64,000 nt of DNA from Phaeosaccion multiseriatum. Its lineage: Eukaryota > Protista > Ochrophyta, other classes. Positions 1-11,849 of this stretch are shown in pieces (the first letter of the stretch is position 1; every line of letters starts with the position of its first letter). The notes beneath the pieces are model-generated. The model made no database searches and had not been told where the DNA came from. It was given only the letters and a program-made list of their open reading frames with translations. The position numbers and the translations under genes were made by a program. The DNA lies in contig OZ218954.1 in NCBI GenBank assembly GCA_965112735.1, forward strand, positions 2,666,001-2,730,000, written 5' to 3'.

Positions 1-21
1 TTAATCCTTTGCTGTACACAG

Positions 22-3000
22 ATGATTCTCGACGGGCGGGTGTTCAGTTCCCTGATAATTCTGTGCATCCTCTTGGCAGGGGTCTTGGTTGGCTTGCAGA
101 CCTACCCCGATATTGGGGCCGCCCCTGTGATCACTGAGCTGGACAATATGATTCTCGGTATGTTTACCTTGGAGCTAGTGCTCAAGGTTATCTCCTTCGG
201 GCTCAAGCCGTGGCAGTTCTTGCTGGGCTCGCAAAAGGCCTGGAACTTGTTTGACCTCTTTATTGTCATCATGTGCTTTGCCTACAATGTGGAGAATGGA
301 TCGGTCGCTTTTCTCCGCCTACTGCGCCTAATGAGAGTTGCAAAGCTTGTGCGGGAGGTGCCCCAACTTCAGATGATCGTCATGGGCCTGGTCGGGGGCA
401 TGCGGAGCATCCTCTACATTGTCATTCTCCTTTGCTTGGTGTTCTATATATACGCCATTGCGGGTATTTACTACTTTCGAGGTGAGCGGCCAGAGAGAGA
501 GAGAGAGAGAGAGAGATATAGAGAGAGAGAGAGATAGAGAGGATCCAAAATATCCACTCATATCTCTCCTCTACCTTTACGTGCCTGCAGAGAACGACCC
601 GTTCCACTTCGACACACTCCCGGTTGCCATGGTCACTCTCTTTCGGGCGGCAACGCTGGAGCAGTGGGCGGAAGTGATGTACATCAATATGTGGGGTTGC
701 GACGTCTACACAGGGGACCTCTACATCAACAGTAACAGCTCTGCTGCAGCCACAAGTCCAGACATGCTCCTGTGTGATGCCCCTGCGGCCAACGCGTGGC
801 TAAGTATCTTCTTTTGGATCACGTTCATTGTCATCTGCGCTCTTGTAATGCTGAGCCTCTTCGTCGGAGCCGTCACCATGTCCATGACCGAGGTGCGTGC
901 GTTTGTGCTCTTCTCTGGCGCACCGTAAGCACCCCCCCCCCCCCCCCCTTAGCCACATCCCGTCGCTCCTCTCCCTTGCCTCCCGCAGAGTATGGCCATT
1001 ATGAAGAGCGAGAGGGAAGAGGCGAAGAGGGAGCGGCGTCTGAGAAAGGCGCAGCAGGAGGCTCAGGCCGCGCATGAGGAGAGGCGGCGGATCTTGAATG
1101 ACGTCGGTGAGTGACCGAGAAGGGAAAGAGCCAAAAACTTCTTTGGCGTGTCAGCAGACCTAATATATTATTATAATTACCAACCCCTACCGCACAGCTC
1201 GAGACATCGCAGCGGGCACGCACGACAGCACGCTCCAAGGCGCCATGAGCATGGAGATGACCGGTAAGGGCATGTGTGCAGCGGATCTAGACCGAAAGCT
1301 TGCTTCTTTTCCTCTTGCTGAATGGGAGTCTCCTCGTCTTTGTTTCTCCTCTTCTCAGCGCAACTCAAGTACAAAGCGCAGGCGGCCAAGGCGGCAGTGG
1401 ACAAGGAGGAGCTCACCAAGGACCAGCGGAAGATGCGGGTGCGAGGGCCTCAGGAGCAGAAACAATGGGCTTTGTCTGTCTTTCCCCACTCAAGTCAATG
1501 GTGTTGTTCTGTGTGTTTCTACCGGTCCTCAGACTTTGTTGGAGCGAGCATGGGGTGGACACGAACTATATCATGAAGACGAAGACATGAGCCACAAGGG
1601 CTGGAGGCAAAAGTACGCACGCCTGGCGGACTTCTGTGCGAATGTAAGTCTCTTCGGTTGGTGCGTGGAGCCTCGCTCTGTCTGAGCATCTCACCACTCG
1701 CGCCTCCCCCCCCCCCCTCCCCAACAAACCCCTCCACTGGCACTCGCAGTTGACAGAGAAGAGCGCGTTCAACAACATGATCACAGGATGCATTGTTATT
1801 GCGGCCATCACAGTAGGTGCGGCGACGTACGAGAGTGTAGACAACAGCTACTTTCTCCGGGCCTTCATGTGGGTGCTCGAGCACGTGATTCTGTGGGTCT
1901 TTACGCTGGAGATGGTCGTGCGCATCATTGCCGAGGAGTTCACGCCATGGTGAGTGTGCAGCTGGCGAGCTCGAGCCCGAGCCTGCCTCACTAGGGACGG
2001 TAGACTCGAGTGGCAGGCTTATACTTGCCCTCCCGTAAGCATACCCCCCCCCTCGCCCGTCGGCCCGCCCTCTGCCTGCTTACAGGATGTATTTCAAAAA
2101 TGCGTGGAACTGCTTCGACTGTGTCATCGTGCTCGGCTCCTGGGCTCCGTGGGGTGGCGTGCTGCTCGTCCTCCTTCGCCTGCTGCGTCTCTTGCGGATC
2201 TTGAAGCTCATCAAGTCGCTACCACAGCTTCAAGTCATCGTCACCGCTCTCATTATGGGTCTCAATGCCATCGGATTCATCGCCATCATTTTACTTATGG
2301 TACGTAACGTTCGTAGGAGAAGACTATGTTCACACGACGAGACACCACAATACAATCTTTTTTCTCCCCCCCCTCCTCTTCTCCTGCTCTGGTCAGTTTT
2401 TCTACTTCTTCGCCATCATCGGCATGCTCCTCTTCAGCGCGAACGACCCCTGGCACTTCGGACAGCTGCACTGGGCCATGCTCACCCTCTTTCGCTGCGC
2501 CACACTGGAGGACTGGAGCGTTGTCATGTATATCAACATGTGAGCGACGAGCTCTCAACAAGCTCTACGTCCCGCCAAGCACTGGCCTGGAAGCGAATCT
2601 TAATCTCTAACCTCATCCCATGTGCGTGCCCCCCTGTGCGCTTGCTGTGCAGGTACGGATGTGACGTGTACGGCTACGACGACTTCCCCGACCAATGCAC
2701 CAATCCGCAGGCGCAGTTCGCGTGGAGCAGCGCGTACTTCATCGTGTTCATCGTCATGGCCGCCTTGGTGCTGCTCACCCTTTTCATCGGAGTCGTCACC
2801 ACGAGGTGAGTTGGCGGACTCGGGCCTGTAGGCACGGGGAAGACAGATGCGCTTGCTCCACTTGGTTAGAATGAGAGCGCGTAGACCTTCAGTTTCTGGT
2901 GTTGGAGCAAAATCCAACGCCACGTTCACTCTCTTCTTTTGCGTAGTATGGAAGAAGCCACGGCGGATATGGAGCGCTGCCAGGAGACGGAAGAAGCCGT

Positions 3001-3942
3001 GCGGTACGTCAAGAAGCACTTCAACGTGCCCGACGAGCTGCTCGCGCTCTACCGACGCATCTTCAACTACCTCGACCTCGACCACAGCGGCTTCATCGAG
3101 GGGGACGAGTTGGGCATCGGCCTCGACCTTATCCACAAGAAGCCCCCGAGGGACGAACTACCCAAACTGCTGAGGAAGGTCGACGTGGACAACAGCGGGG
3201 AGATCGACTTTGCAGAGTTTTTGGAATTCATGTGTCAGGTGAGAGAGGAGGAAGGAAGGGCTCATGTTTGGCTTTTGTCTTCGTTACCTTTCGTGCCTCG
3301 TGCCGCTGCTCTCTGACGCATATATGCGCGTGACGGATATATGGTTGGTGCGCTTGCTTCGCCGTTCTTGAACTGTCTCAGCTCAAAGTGGCCGACAACA
3401 ATCGAAGCTCGCAAGGCCTTAGTAGTGGCCAGGTGAAGAGCAAGGTCATCGGCATCGTTGACGTGGTCACCGGCAAAGGCAAGGGCTCGAAGCCTCAGGC
3501 AGAGCCTTCTGGCGTTGATCCAACGGCTCAGTCTTCGCCAACTGGGGAAACTGGAGGAGAAGGTGCAGCCCAAAGCCCTTCCGACGCACCGGATATCGAG
3601 TATTCCAGACCCGAGCGAGACAAGGGAAGGGGCAGCATTACCAAGAGGCAGCGAAGAAGGTCATCCAATATAGACCAAGTAGAGGGGTGGGAACGACGCA
3701 AATCGAGCTTGGTCATCACCACCAAAGAGGGAGTCGAGTCGGGGGCCAAGAGCATGGAGGGCGATGAGAAGAACCCACGGCGGGCGGCTGGCGACGCCAC
3801 GCCTGCAGCACAAGCCGCAGAGACGGACAGCGAGGACGACTCTGACGACAGCAGCGACGACAGCAGCGACGACAGCAGTGATGATAGCAGCGACGATAGC
3901 AGCGACGGGGGGCCACCGCCTAAAATAAAAGGGCCGATCTAG
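22..3942 (+). CDS. Voltage-gated cation channel with two visible 6-TM repeats and C-terminal EF-hands; multi-exon, 5' end probably outside the window
   Basis: S4 segments FLRLLRLMRVAKLVR and LLRLLRLLRILKLIK; pore motifs TLFRAATLEQW and TLFRCATLEDW; EF loops DLDHSGFIEGDE and DVDNSGEIDFAE. GT-AG introns (e.g. 482-590, 893-988). The window opens on a pyrimidine tract + CAG acceptor. Confidence 0.9.
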
Positions 3943-4010
3943 CTATTTTATCAAGTTCTTAGGTTGTTATCATACACTCTCTCTTCTCTGTGCGCCACGC
4001 CACGGTCCTG

Positions 4011-6829
4011 CTATTTGTTGGCGAGCAGGGCGAGTTTGTTTGCAATAGCGACTCTGGCCATGTCTTTGTACGCCTTGTTGGCGGCCACCTTGTCCATGTT
4101 TTCGTATATCTGGCTGTAATGTCCGGGCCCACTGGGGGCTCCGCGCAGATTGGCAGACACGGGGATGCGATACCCGCAGTCCTTTTTCGAGCCCAGCTCC
4201 CCGTACCCATTGCTGCTCCCCCAGTTGGCAAAGCACTCGCACTCCCCAGTCCTTCTATTGCACACGCCTCTGTTGGAGCACGGTTCCTCCTCTGTGGTCC
4301 CCATGACGGACGTGTACCCCTCCAGAGTGGCGTTGTCGAAAGCGAAGGTCACATTCCCACTGCCGGCGAGCCCTCCATTGGCATCGTCGACAAGGAGGGA
4401 CGAGTCCGCGGTGAGGTCAGGCACATCCGAGTGCTCCGTGAGGAACGTCACCGACACCACTGCGGGGCTGACGGCCGCGGAGGACTCGCACAAAGAGCCA
4501 TTGTGGTAGTCCACCACCACCACATCGATGGATGTCAAGTCCTCCAGCGCCTCTTCCAGCTCGGCGCTGGTGGCGTTGGCTGCAATGGGCGCAGTCTCCT
4601 GCTGGCGAAAGGTCAGCGTGAAGGTGCCGTTGGTGGCGGCGCACGAGAGCAGCTGCGTCTCCGCAGAGTCGTCGAAGGTGGCGGGGTCGTCCCCGGTGGG
4701 GCACACCTTCTCAGTGCAGGCAGGACCAGTGTAACCGTCATCGCAGAGACAGCCGTGGATGCGGTGAGCGTCCCAGGTGTAGGCATTGTTGGGGTCTGTG
4801 CCGTATGTGGCCTGTGCCAGGTCCCCGTTATCTTCGGAGAACAGCGCAAGCTCTGCCATAGTCATGCAGCGGCCGTGGTCGCTGCACACGGGGCTGGAGG
4901 GGCCGTCGCTGCGCGGACACACCATGTACTCACAAGCGGCGCCGTAGAAGAGCGAATCACACTCGCACACGCCCGTGTTTGGATTGCACAAGCCTCCGTC
5001 TTGAGGTTGGAAAGGCACATAGAGAGAGGGAGAGAGTCAGAGGACGAGAAGACAAAGCTCAGAGCTCACAAGCTTGAAAGGCACGCGCACCTGAGCACTC
5101 TACTCGGACGTCGTGGGACTTTTCGTCCTCCGTAGGGTAAGAGAACCAGCTCAGGCCCGCTGGACATGGGCGTTGGGAGCAGTCGCCGGTGAGCCATCCG
5201 TCCACGCACTCACACGCAAAGGTGCTCTCGTCGCACGTGCCATGTCCGCTGCACGCAACCTCCCCTGGGCACCCCCCCGTCTCGGTGACAGCATAGCTTT
5301 GGAAACACAGGACAACACAGGCCAGGGTCGGGATACCAGCATTAGAAGACAAGAGAGGAGGAGAGAAGAAGAGAAAAGCAGTGCTGGGTGACCACGTTGC
5401 CAGCCTTCTCTCCAACCTACCCGCAATCGCCTCTCGTGCCGGGCCCTCCCAGTCCGTCGCTGCTGCCGAAGATGTCCGTATTGCTGTCGTAGCACTCGCA
5501 GCTCCCCGTGCGGAAGTCGCAAAGGCCCCGGTTGGAGCAATACTCATTCTCTTTGGTGCCTTTGACGGACGCGTATCCCTCGTTATCGGAGTCGTACACC
5601 GTACTACCGTCCGCCGTCACCTTCGGGTACAGTGAGTGCAACACTTGGCGTGAGACAAAAAGAGAGGGGCATGGGAGGCGAGGATGCGGTTGTGTACCTG
5701 GACAGGGGGGTCCAGCGAGCCTCCGGATAGAGAGCTGGTGAAGGCCCACATGGATTGCAGGCTGCCGAAGTTCTGCTCGAACTCCACAGTGATGACGTTG
5801 ATGGCCGTGGCATTGCACGCCCCAGAGCCCGGCAGCGAATAATTTACTGCCACCGATGGCACAATGGAAATTGCTTCGAGGGAGGCTTTGAGGTCCTCAG
5901 CCGATACATCATAGGCCATTGTGTCGGACACCTGTGAGTTACAAATCGCGACGGGAGAAGCACCTTTCAGTCATTGAAGATCGAGCAGGTGGGCAGCTTA
6001 TAAACCCCCAGTACCTTGTCTTCAAAGTAGAGCACCCACGTCCCTGACGTGGCACCACACACGACCACCTGGACCTCGTTGGCCTGGCCCGTGGTGAGCG
6101 GATCGTCCCCGGTGGGGCACTCCTTGAGGGAGCAGTCGTAACCCGTGTACCCCGAGTCGCACGCGCAGCGATGGAGCTTCTCACCATCCCACACGTCTGA
6201 GCAGCACAGGCCACAGAAGAGGTCAGAAGACAGATAAATGATTTGGGGGCAGGATGGGGCAAAAGGGACTAGCTTACCGTCATAAGAGTACTGTTCCGCA
6301 TCACTGTCTCGGTAGTCGGCCGCATAGTCCGTGAGAGCCAAGCACTTTCCGTGGTCCGAGCAGCGATTGGGGCACATTGAACGCTCACAAGCACTACCCG
6401 TGAAGCCCTCCATGCATTTACACCTGTGGTGTCGGGGAGTGGGGACAGGAGAACAGAGTTTCCATCGATCAGGTCACGAAGGATAGAGAGGGCCGTCATG
6501 TAGAGCCTCCTCTGAGAGAGGGCCGTCATGTAGAGCCTAGTTCAAGGCGTTTCCCTTGTCACCTACCTGCCCTTCTTCAGATCGCATTGGCCTCTGTTCG
6601 AGCACGTGGCTGGTGCGTGAGCCTCGTCAACGCCAGAGGCCTGATCGCTCCAGGCCAATCCAGTGGGGCAGCTCCTCTCTGAGCAGTCCCCCCCCTCCCA
6701 CCCGCTCCAACATTCACACTTGTTGTAGTGGTTGCAGTCACCGTGGCCACTGCAGCGATTCGCACACATCCCGACCACTGGCCGCACCAAGGTCATGAGA
6801 GCAAACACTGCTGCTAATACCATGGACAT
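4011..6829 (-). CDS. Secreted EGF/tenascin-like Cys-rich protein, tubular mastigoneme (SIG1/Ocm-like) family, two tandem modules
   Basis: Signal peptide MSMVLAAVFALMTLVRPVVG; repeated CSGHG.C, CSNRG.C, CPTGDDP and W-D...-C-x-CD.GYTG motifs; multi-exon with GT-AG junctions. Confidence 0.8.
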
Positions 6830-7253
6830 TTTCTTGGTGCCTTGTCTTCCCCGCTTGGCGCTGGCGCAACCGTTGCTCAATGTACCACCCTGTCCTGCGA
6901 AAGCCCGCTTCCTGCTCACGCCAGACCCAGCACGCCCTCCCACCCCAGAATCCCGGCTTTGAAGCTCTCTGGCCTTATTCATTGGCTCCCACCTTCCCCA
7001 TCGGAGGTGACGCCCCCCCCAGCTCATCCCGCCCTGTATCCTTTGCTCGCCGTGAGACAGCGTTTGTGAGGAATTTCTGTAACAGCGTTTCCCGAGGGGG
7101 TTGTAGCTAGGTGTGTTTGGGTTTAAGAGGCCCAACCAGAAAGTGGGACCAGCCCTGGATGGCCTTCAGTGCCAGGGAGAAGAGCTCAGCAGCAGCCCAC
7201 GCAAGGGCATAGCAGCAGCAGGAGGAGGAGGATCCCCCGGGGAGAAGAGCAGG

Positions 7254-10200
7254 ATGGGCGGGATGCGCGGAGCCTCGCACAAAAGGGTGGAAATCGTGCT
7301 GAAGCTGCCCCAGCTGCAGAACCTGATCAAGAGAGACCCCAAGGGCTACGAGGAGGAGTTCCAGCAGCAGCTCAGGAACCTGTACAGCGAGATACAAATC
7401 TTCCAACTGAAGGTGAGTGGCCAAGCCACGGTTTTTTGTTGCTGTCACGAGCCCGCGCTCTGAAGCACCTCCTTCCAGTGGCACCTCTTGGCCTCTCTCC
7501 CTCCCCCCCTTCTCTCCTCTCCTGGCCACTGAGAATCCCGGTTCACACTCCCTGATCGGCTCGTCTCTTCTACCTACCTGCAGCCGTCGAAGGATAGCGA
7601 CAGGTTTGGAGAGCTCATCTCTTTCACCTCTCATGTGGCGCACCTCTTTCCAAAGTGAGTGAGTGAGTGAGTCTCTGCGGGTGTGGCGGGACAGGGGGTG
7701 CGGAAGAAGGACTTGTGCGAGAGGGCAGCATGTCTGACTCCCCTTTGCTTCGCCATGTCGTGCCCTCCTCTCTCCAGGCACTGCAAAGATTACCCGGGCC
7801 AGCTCATTAGCCTCTTGGAAGAGCACGCAGGTGAGCAGCGGCCTTGCCTTTAGAGCTTTCTGTCCCCAAGGCTTTGAGAAGATGCTTCCTCTCCTCGTGA
7901 GGGATAACTTCTGTCCTCTGATGGCTCGGAGGCTGACCGTGTCTTCCTCCTCTGGCGTGGTCCCCCTTGTCTGCCCCCTTCAGCCACGCTCCAGCCAGCG
8001 CTCCGCGTCAAACTCGTACAGGCCCTGATTCTCATGCGCAACCGAGGGGTGCTGAACCCCACGGACTTGCTGCAGGTGTTCTTCAAACTGTTTCGAGTTA
8101 AAGACAAGGTAGGCTTGCTGCTCCACGTTGAAACTTCCTTGGCGAGAGCGTTTCTGACTCCGCGAGTACGTGCTTACACCTCCTTCAGAACCTCCGCAAG
8201 CTGCTCTTTGCGCACATCGTGGGAGACATTCGGAACATCAACCTCAAGGCGCGAAACGAGAAGGTAGGAGAGAGGGTCTGAAGGGTAGGAGAGAGGGTAC
8301 TTGGAAGGAGCCTGCTCTCGATAAGGCTCGTGCTTGCTTCCCCCTCCCCTCTCCTTCCTTTCCCTTCCACCCCTCGCTCCTTCAAAGCTATCGGTAACGC
8401 ATGCATGTCCGTCCCCCTACACCCCCCGTCCCCCGCTCTCAGCTGAACCGAACGCTGCAAGGCTTCATGTACGCCATGCTGTCTGACGTGAGCGGCAGCG
8501 AGGCGTGTCTGGCAGCCAAGAAGTCTCTCGACGTCATGGTGGAGCTGTACCGCTGCAAGGTGTGGACCGACAGCAAAACTGTCAATGTCATCGCCTCTGC
8601 CCTCAACAGTCCTGACACTAAGCTGGTAAGCACACATTCAAGACAGAGAGGACTACAGGCATAGCTCTCGTCGGGTGCTGCTACCCTGGCTTGCCGCAGA
8701 CTATGTGGTGGGCGAGTCAAACTGTGGCTCGCTGGCCCATCACATCCATTCTCTTTCCAGACTGAGCCTTGTCCAGGTATTCAATGACTAACTAACTGCC
8801 CTTCTGTTCATACCCAACACATGTGCCTCTCCCCAGATGTGCACGGCTCTGAATTTCTTCCTCAACATTGACGGGAGGATCGCCGATGACGAAGATAACG
8901 ACGGGATGGAGACCACAGAGGTGAGCGGAGCATACCCTCCAGAGTGGGAAGATGAGGGGCGCGTCGCGTGACAAATGAGCCCCGCTCCTCAACGGAAAGA
9001 GGGGCGAAAGAGGCGTTTCCTCTCTCCAGCGCATCCACCAATCCACCCTGCCTCTCTGTGCGCAGGTCAACGAGCACGAGCACGCCAAGAAGACTGCAGC
9101 CAATGCCACCAGGATTAAGAGAAGCAAGGCTGCGAATCGGAAGGTTCTGCGAAAGAAGACGAGCGAGAAGGAGAATATGACGCACCTGTTTTCTGCCATT
9201 AGTCTTCTCAACGACCCGCAGGGAGTCTCAGAAAAGGTGAGAGGGCAACAGGGTCGATAGCACAGCCACAGCACAGCCACAGCACAGCCACAGCGCAGCC
9301 ACAGCTATGCAACCAAGTTGGGCCCATCATAACGCATCGCACTTCCACCCCACCAACCACCCCCTTGCCCTGTCTGTGTCGGTGTTGTTGCCGCTGTTCT
9401 GTGTGGACTGTGACTCACCTGTGACCTGTGACCAGGTGTTCAAGCGACTGCGTGCCTCCAAGGAGCGCTTCGAGGTGAAGCTGCTCATGATGAACTTCAT
9501 CTCCAGAGCCATCGGCAGCCACGAGCTGCTGCTGCTGCCCTTCTACAGCTACTTGCAACGTTACGTGCAGAGCAGCCAGCGCAACGTGACCAACATCCTG
9601 GCCTTTGTGGTGCAGGCTAGCCACCACCTCGTCCCTCCGGATGAGCTTGCCCCCATCATCAAGTCTGTGGCCTACAACTTTGTCACGGAGGTGCGTAGTG
9701 GAAGAGGTTATGCCGGTGCGGGGTAAGGAAGGACCGTTGCTCTGCTGGCCGCCGCGCGACCGTCTTTGCTTTCACCAAGCAGGCTGCTGAGGAGAAGCGA
9801 CAACACACAGAGAGAAGCCGCCTTCGCCCCTCTTATCCTGTGAGCAGTCCATCGCCCTCACCGCCCTTACCCCCTCCCCCCCCTCTGCCCACTCCATCCT
9901 CGGTGGCTGCCCCCCTCCCCTCTCAGCGCTGCGCTTCGGAAGTGATCTGCGTGGGCATCAACGCCATCCGCGAGATTGTGCACAGAGTGCCAGCCCTGCT
10001 CGACGAGGAGGACATGGACGACTTCGTTCAAGACCTCGCAGCATACAGGTTGGTTGCTTGCTCGGTTAGTTGCTTGCTTGCTTGTTTGGTTGGGCCGCTA
10101 GGGCTGGCAGGGCGAGGAGAAGAGGGGTGACATGGTCACATTCTGTGCATCAAGGCCTGTCCTACCCCTACCTCTCCAGCGGCCCCAGCGCCTTTGTGCC

Positions 10201-11797
10201 TTGACCTGCCTCCCCAGCTTCTTCTCACAAAAGCCTCTCCCGCTCGGTTTGTCGTCTGATGCGTTTGTCTTGTCCGTTGGTGTTGCCTTGCCACTGCAGC
10301 AAGTATCGCGACAAGAGTGTGGTCATTGCTGCCCGTGGCTTCGTGAACTGTGTGCGAGATGTGTACCCGGCCCTTCTCAAGGGGAAGGATCGGGGCAAGT
10401 TCCACGACAAGGCGGCCCGGCCCGCCAAGTACGGAGACACCAAGGTGCACGAGGGCGTGGAAGGTACGTGTCTGGGTGGTGGATGGAGGGTGAATGGATG
10501 GTGGATAGATGGATGGCAGTGGATGGATGGAGGGTGGATGGAGGGTGGATGGATGGTGGTTCAAGATAAGTGGGATATGGCACGCGGTGGGGGGGGGGGG
10601 GGGGGGTAGATGGTCGGAGGCTGCTTGGTTGGGCTGTTCGGCATCTGCAAGCTGCGTAAGGTGCTCTGAGGCAGAGCTTTAGACCAGTACGGTCTCGCGT
10701 ACTCCTGCTGTTGGGGTGTGGTTCTCAGCTGTCGCCTCCACTCACCTTTGGTTTCCTTGTGGTCTGCTTGTTCCACCCTCAGGCGCGGAGCTCTTGCACC
10801 TGCACGAGCAAGGGCTCTTACCCTTCGACGAGATTGATGACGAGGACGGCGGAGAGCTCGGCGAGGAGGAGGAGGAGGAGGAAGAGGGGGAAGACGGCGA
10901 GAAGGAGGAGGAGGAGGAAGAGGAGGAGGAGGAGGAGGGGAAGGGGGAGGAGGAGGAGGAGGAGGAGGAAGGGGAGGAGGAGGAGGAGGAGGAGGAGGAG
11001 GAGGAGGAGGAGGCCCCGCAACTCGTGCCTGTGGCTGCGGCTGCGGACGGACCAGTCGATTTGCGGGCCATCAACATCCCGCAGAAAGACAGGATTGATG
11101 CCAATCGCGTCCTCACCGCGGAGGACTTTGCGAAGATCAAGAAGCTCAAGGTGGCGGCGGGACGGGTGAGTAAGACAAGAGGCTGAGAGAGAGACAGAGA
11201 AGACGGGGGGGGGGGGGAGAGAGAAAGGAGGAGGGAGAGGTAGATAAAGGGAAGGGATAGAGAGGCGATTGGTTGCATTGGGTGTCTCGGATGTTGGGGG
11301 ATTTCAACCACTGAGAACCCTTATCGCTCCTTCCCTTCCCCTCCACGGATGCAATGTGCGCTCTTCCGTCTTTCGTCACGAACACGCTACAGGCGCTCAA
11401 GGATCCAAGCTACAGCAAGAAGCGCAAGCTGCAGGAGGTGGAGGAGGACGATATGGAGGACGAGGAAGACGACCAAGGCCAAGACAACACGGCGGTGTCG
11501 GCGGAGGACCTGCAGGGCTACAAGGTGAAGCGGAGAGCCACCCTGGAGGAGCGCCTCACCTCTGTGCTGACAGGGAGGGATAAGTTCAAGGAGCGCACGC
11601 ACGCAGGAGGGCTGACCAACAAGGAGAAGGGTCGCAAGAAGAATTACCTAATGCTGAGGAAGAGCATGCAAGTCAAGCAGAAAACCAAGATGGCAAGCAA
11701 GGTCATCAACAGAGCGAACAGGAAGAAGGCCAAAGGGAAGGGCCAAGAGCACTCAGTGCAGCTGGCTCGGGACAAGAGGAAGAAGAGAAGGACATGA
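7254..11797 (+). CDS. SDA1: Ribosome biogenesis protein SDA1, multi-exon
   Basis: N-terminus [19 protein letters not shown]; [21 protein letters not shown], poly-Glu region, RVLTAEDF; C-terminal GLTNKEK.RKKNYLM. Confidence 0.93.
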
Positions 11798-11849
11798 GGT
11801 GCTAAGCGCCTCCGCCTCAACGTACAATATAGCGTACATTGTAATTGTG

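Noticed and set aside
6486-6538. Direct duplication GAGAGGGCCGTCATGTAGAGCCT x2
   Set aside because: Intronic local slippage duplication with no further structure.
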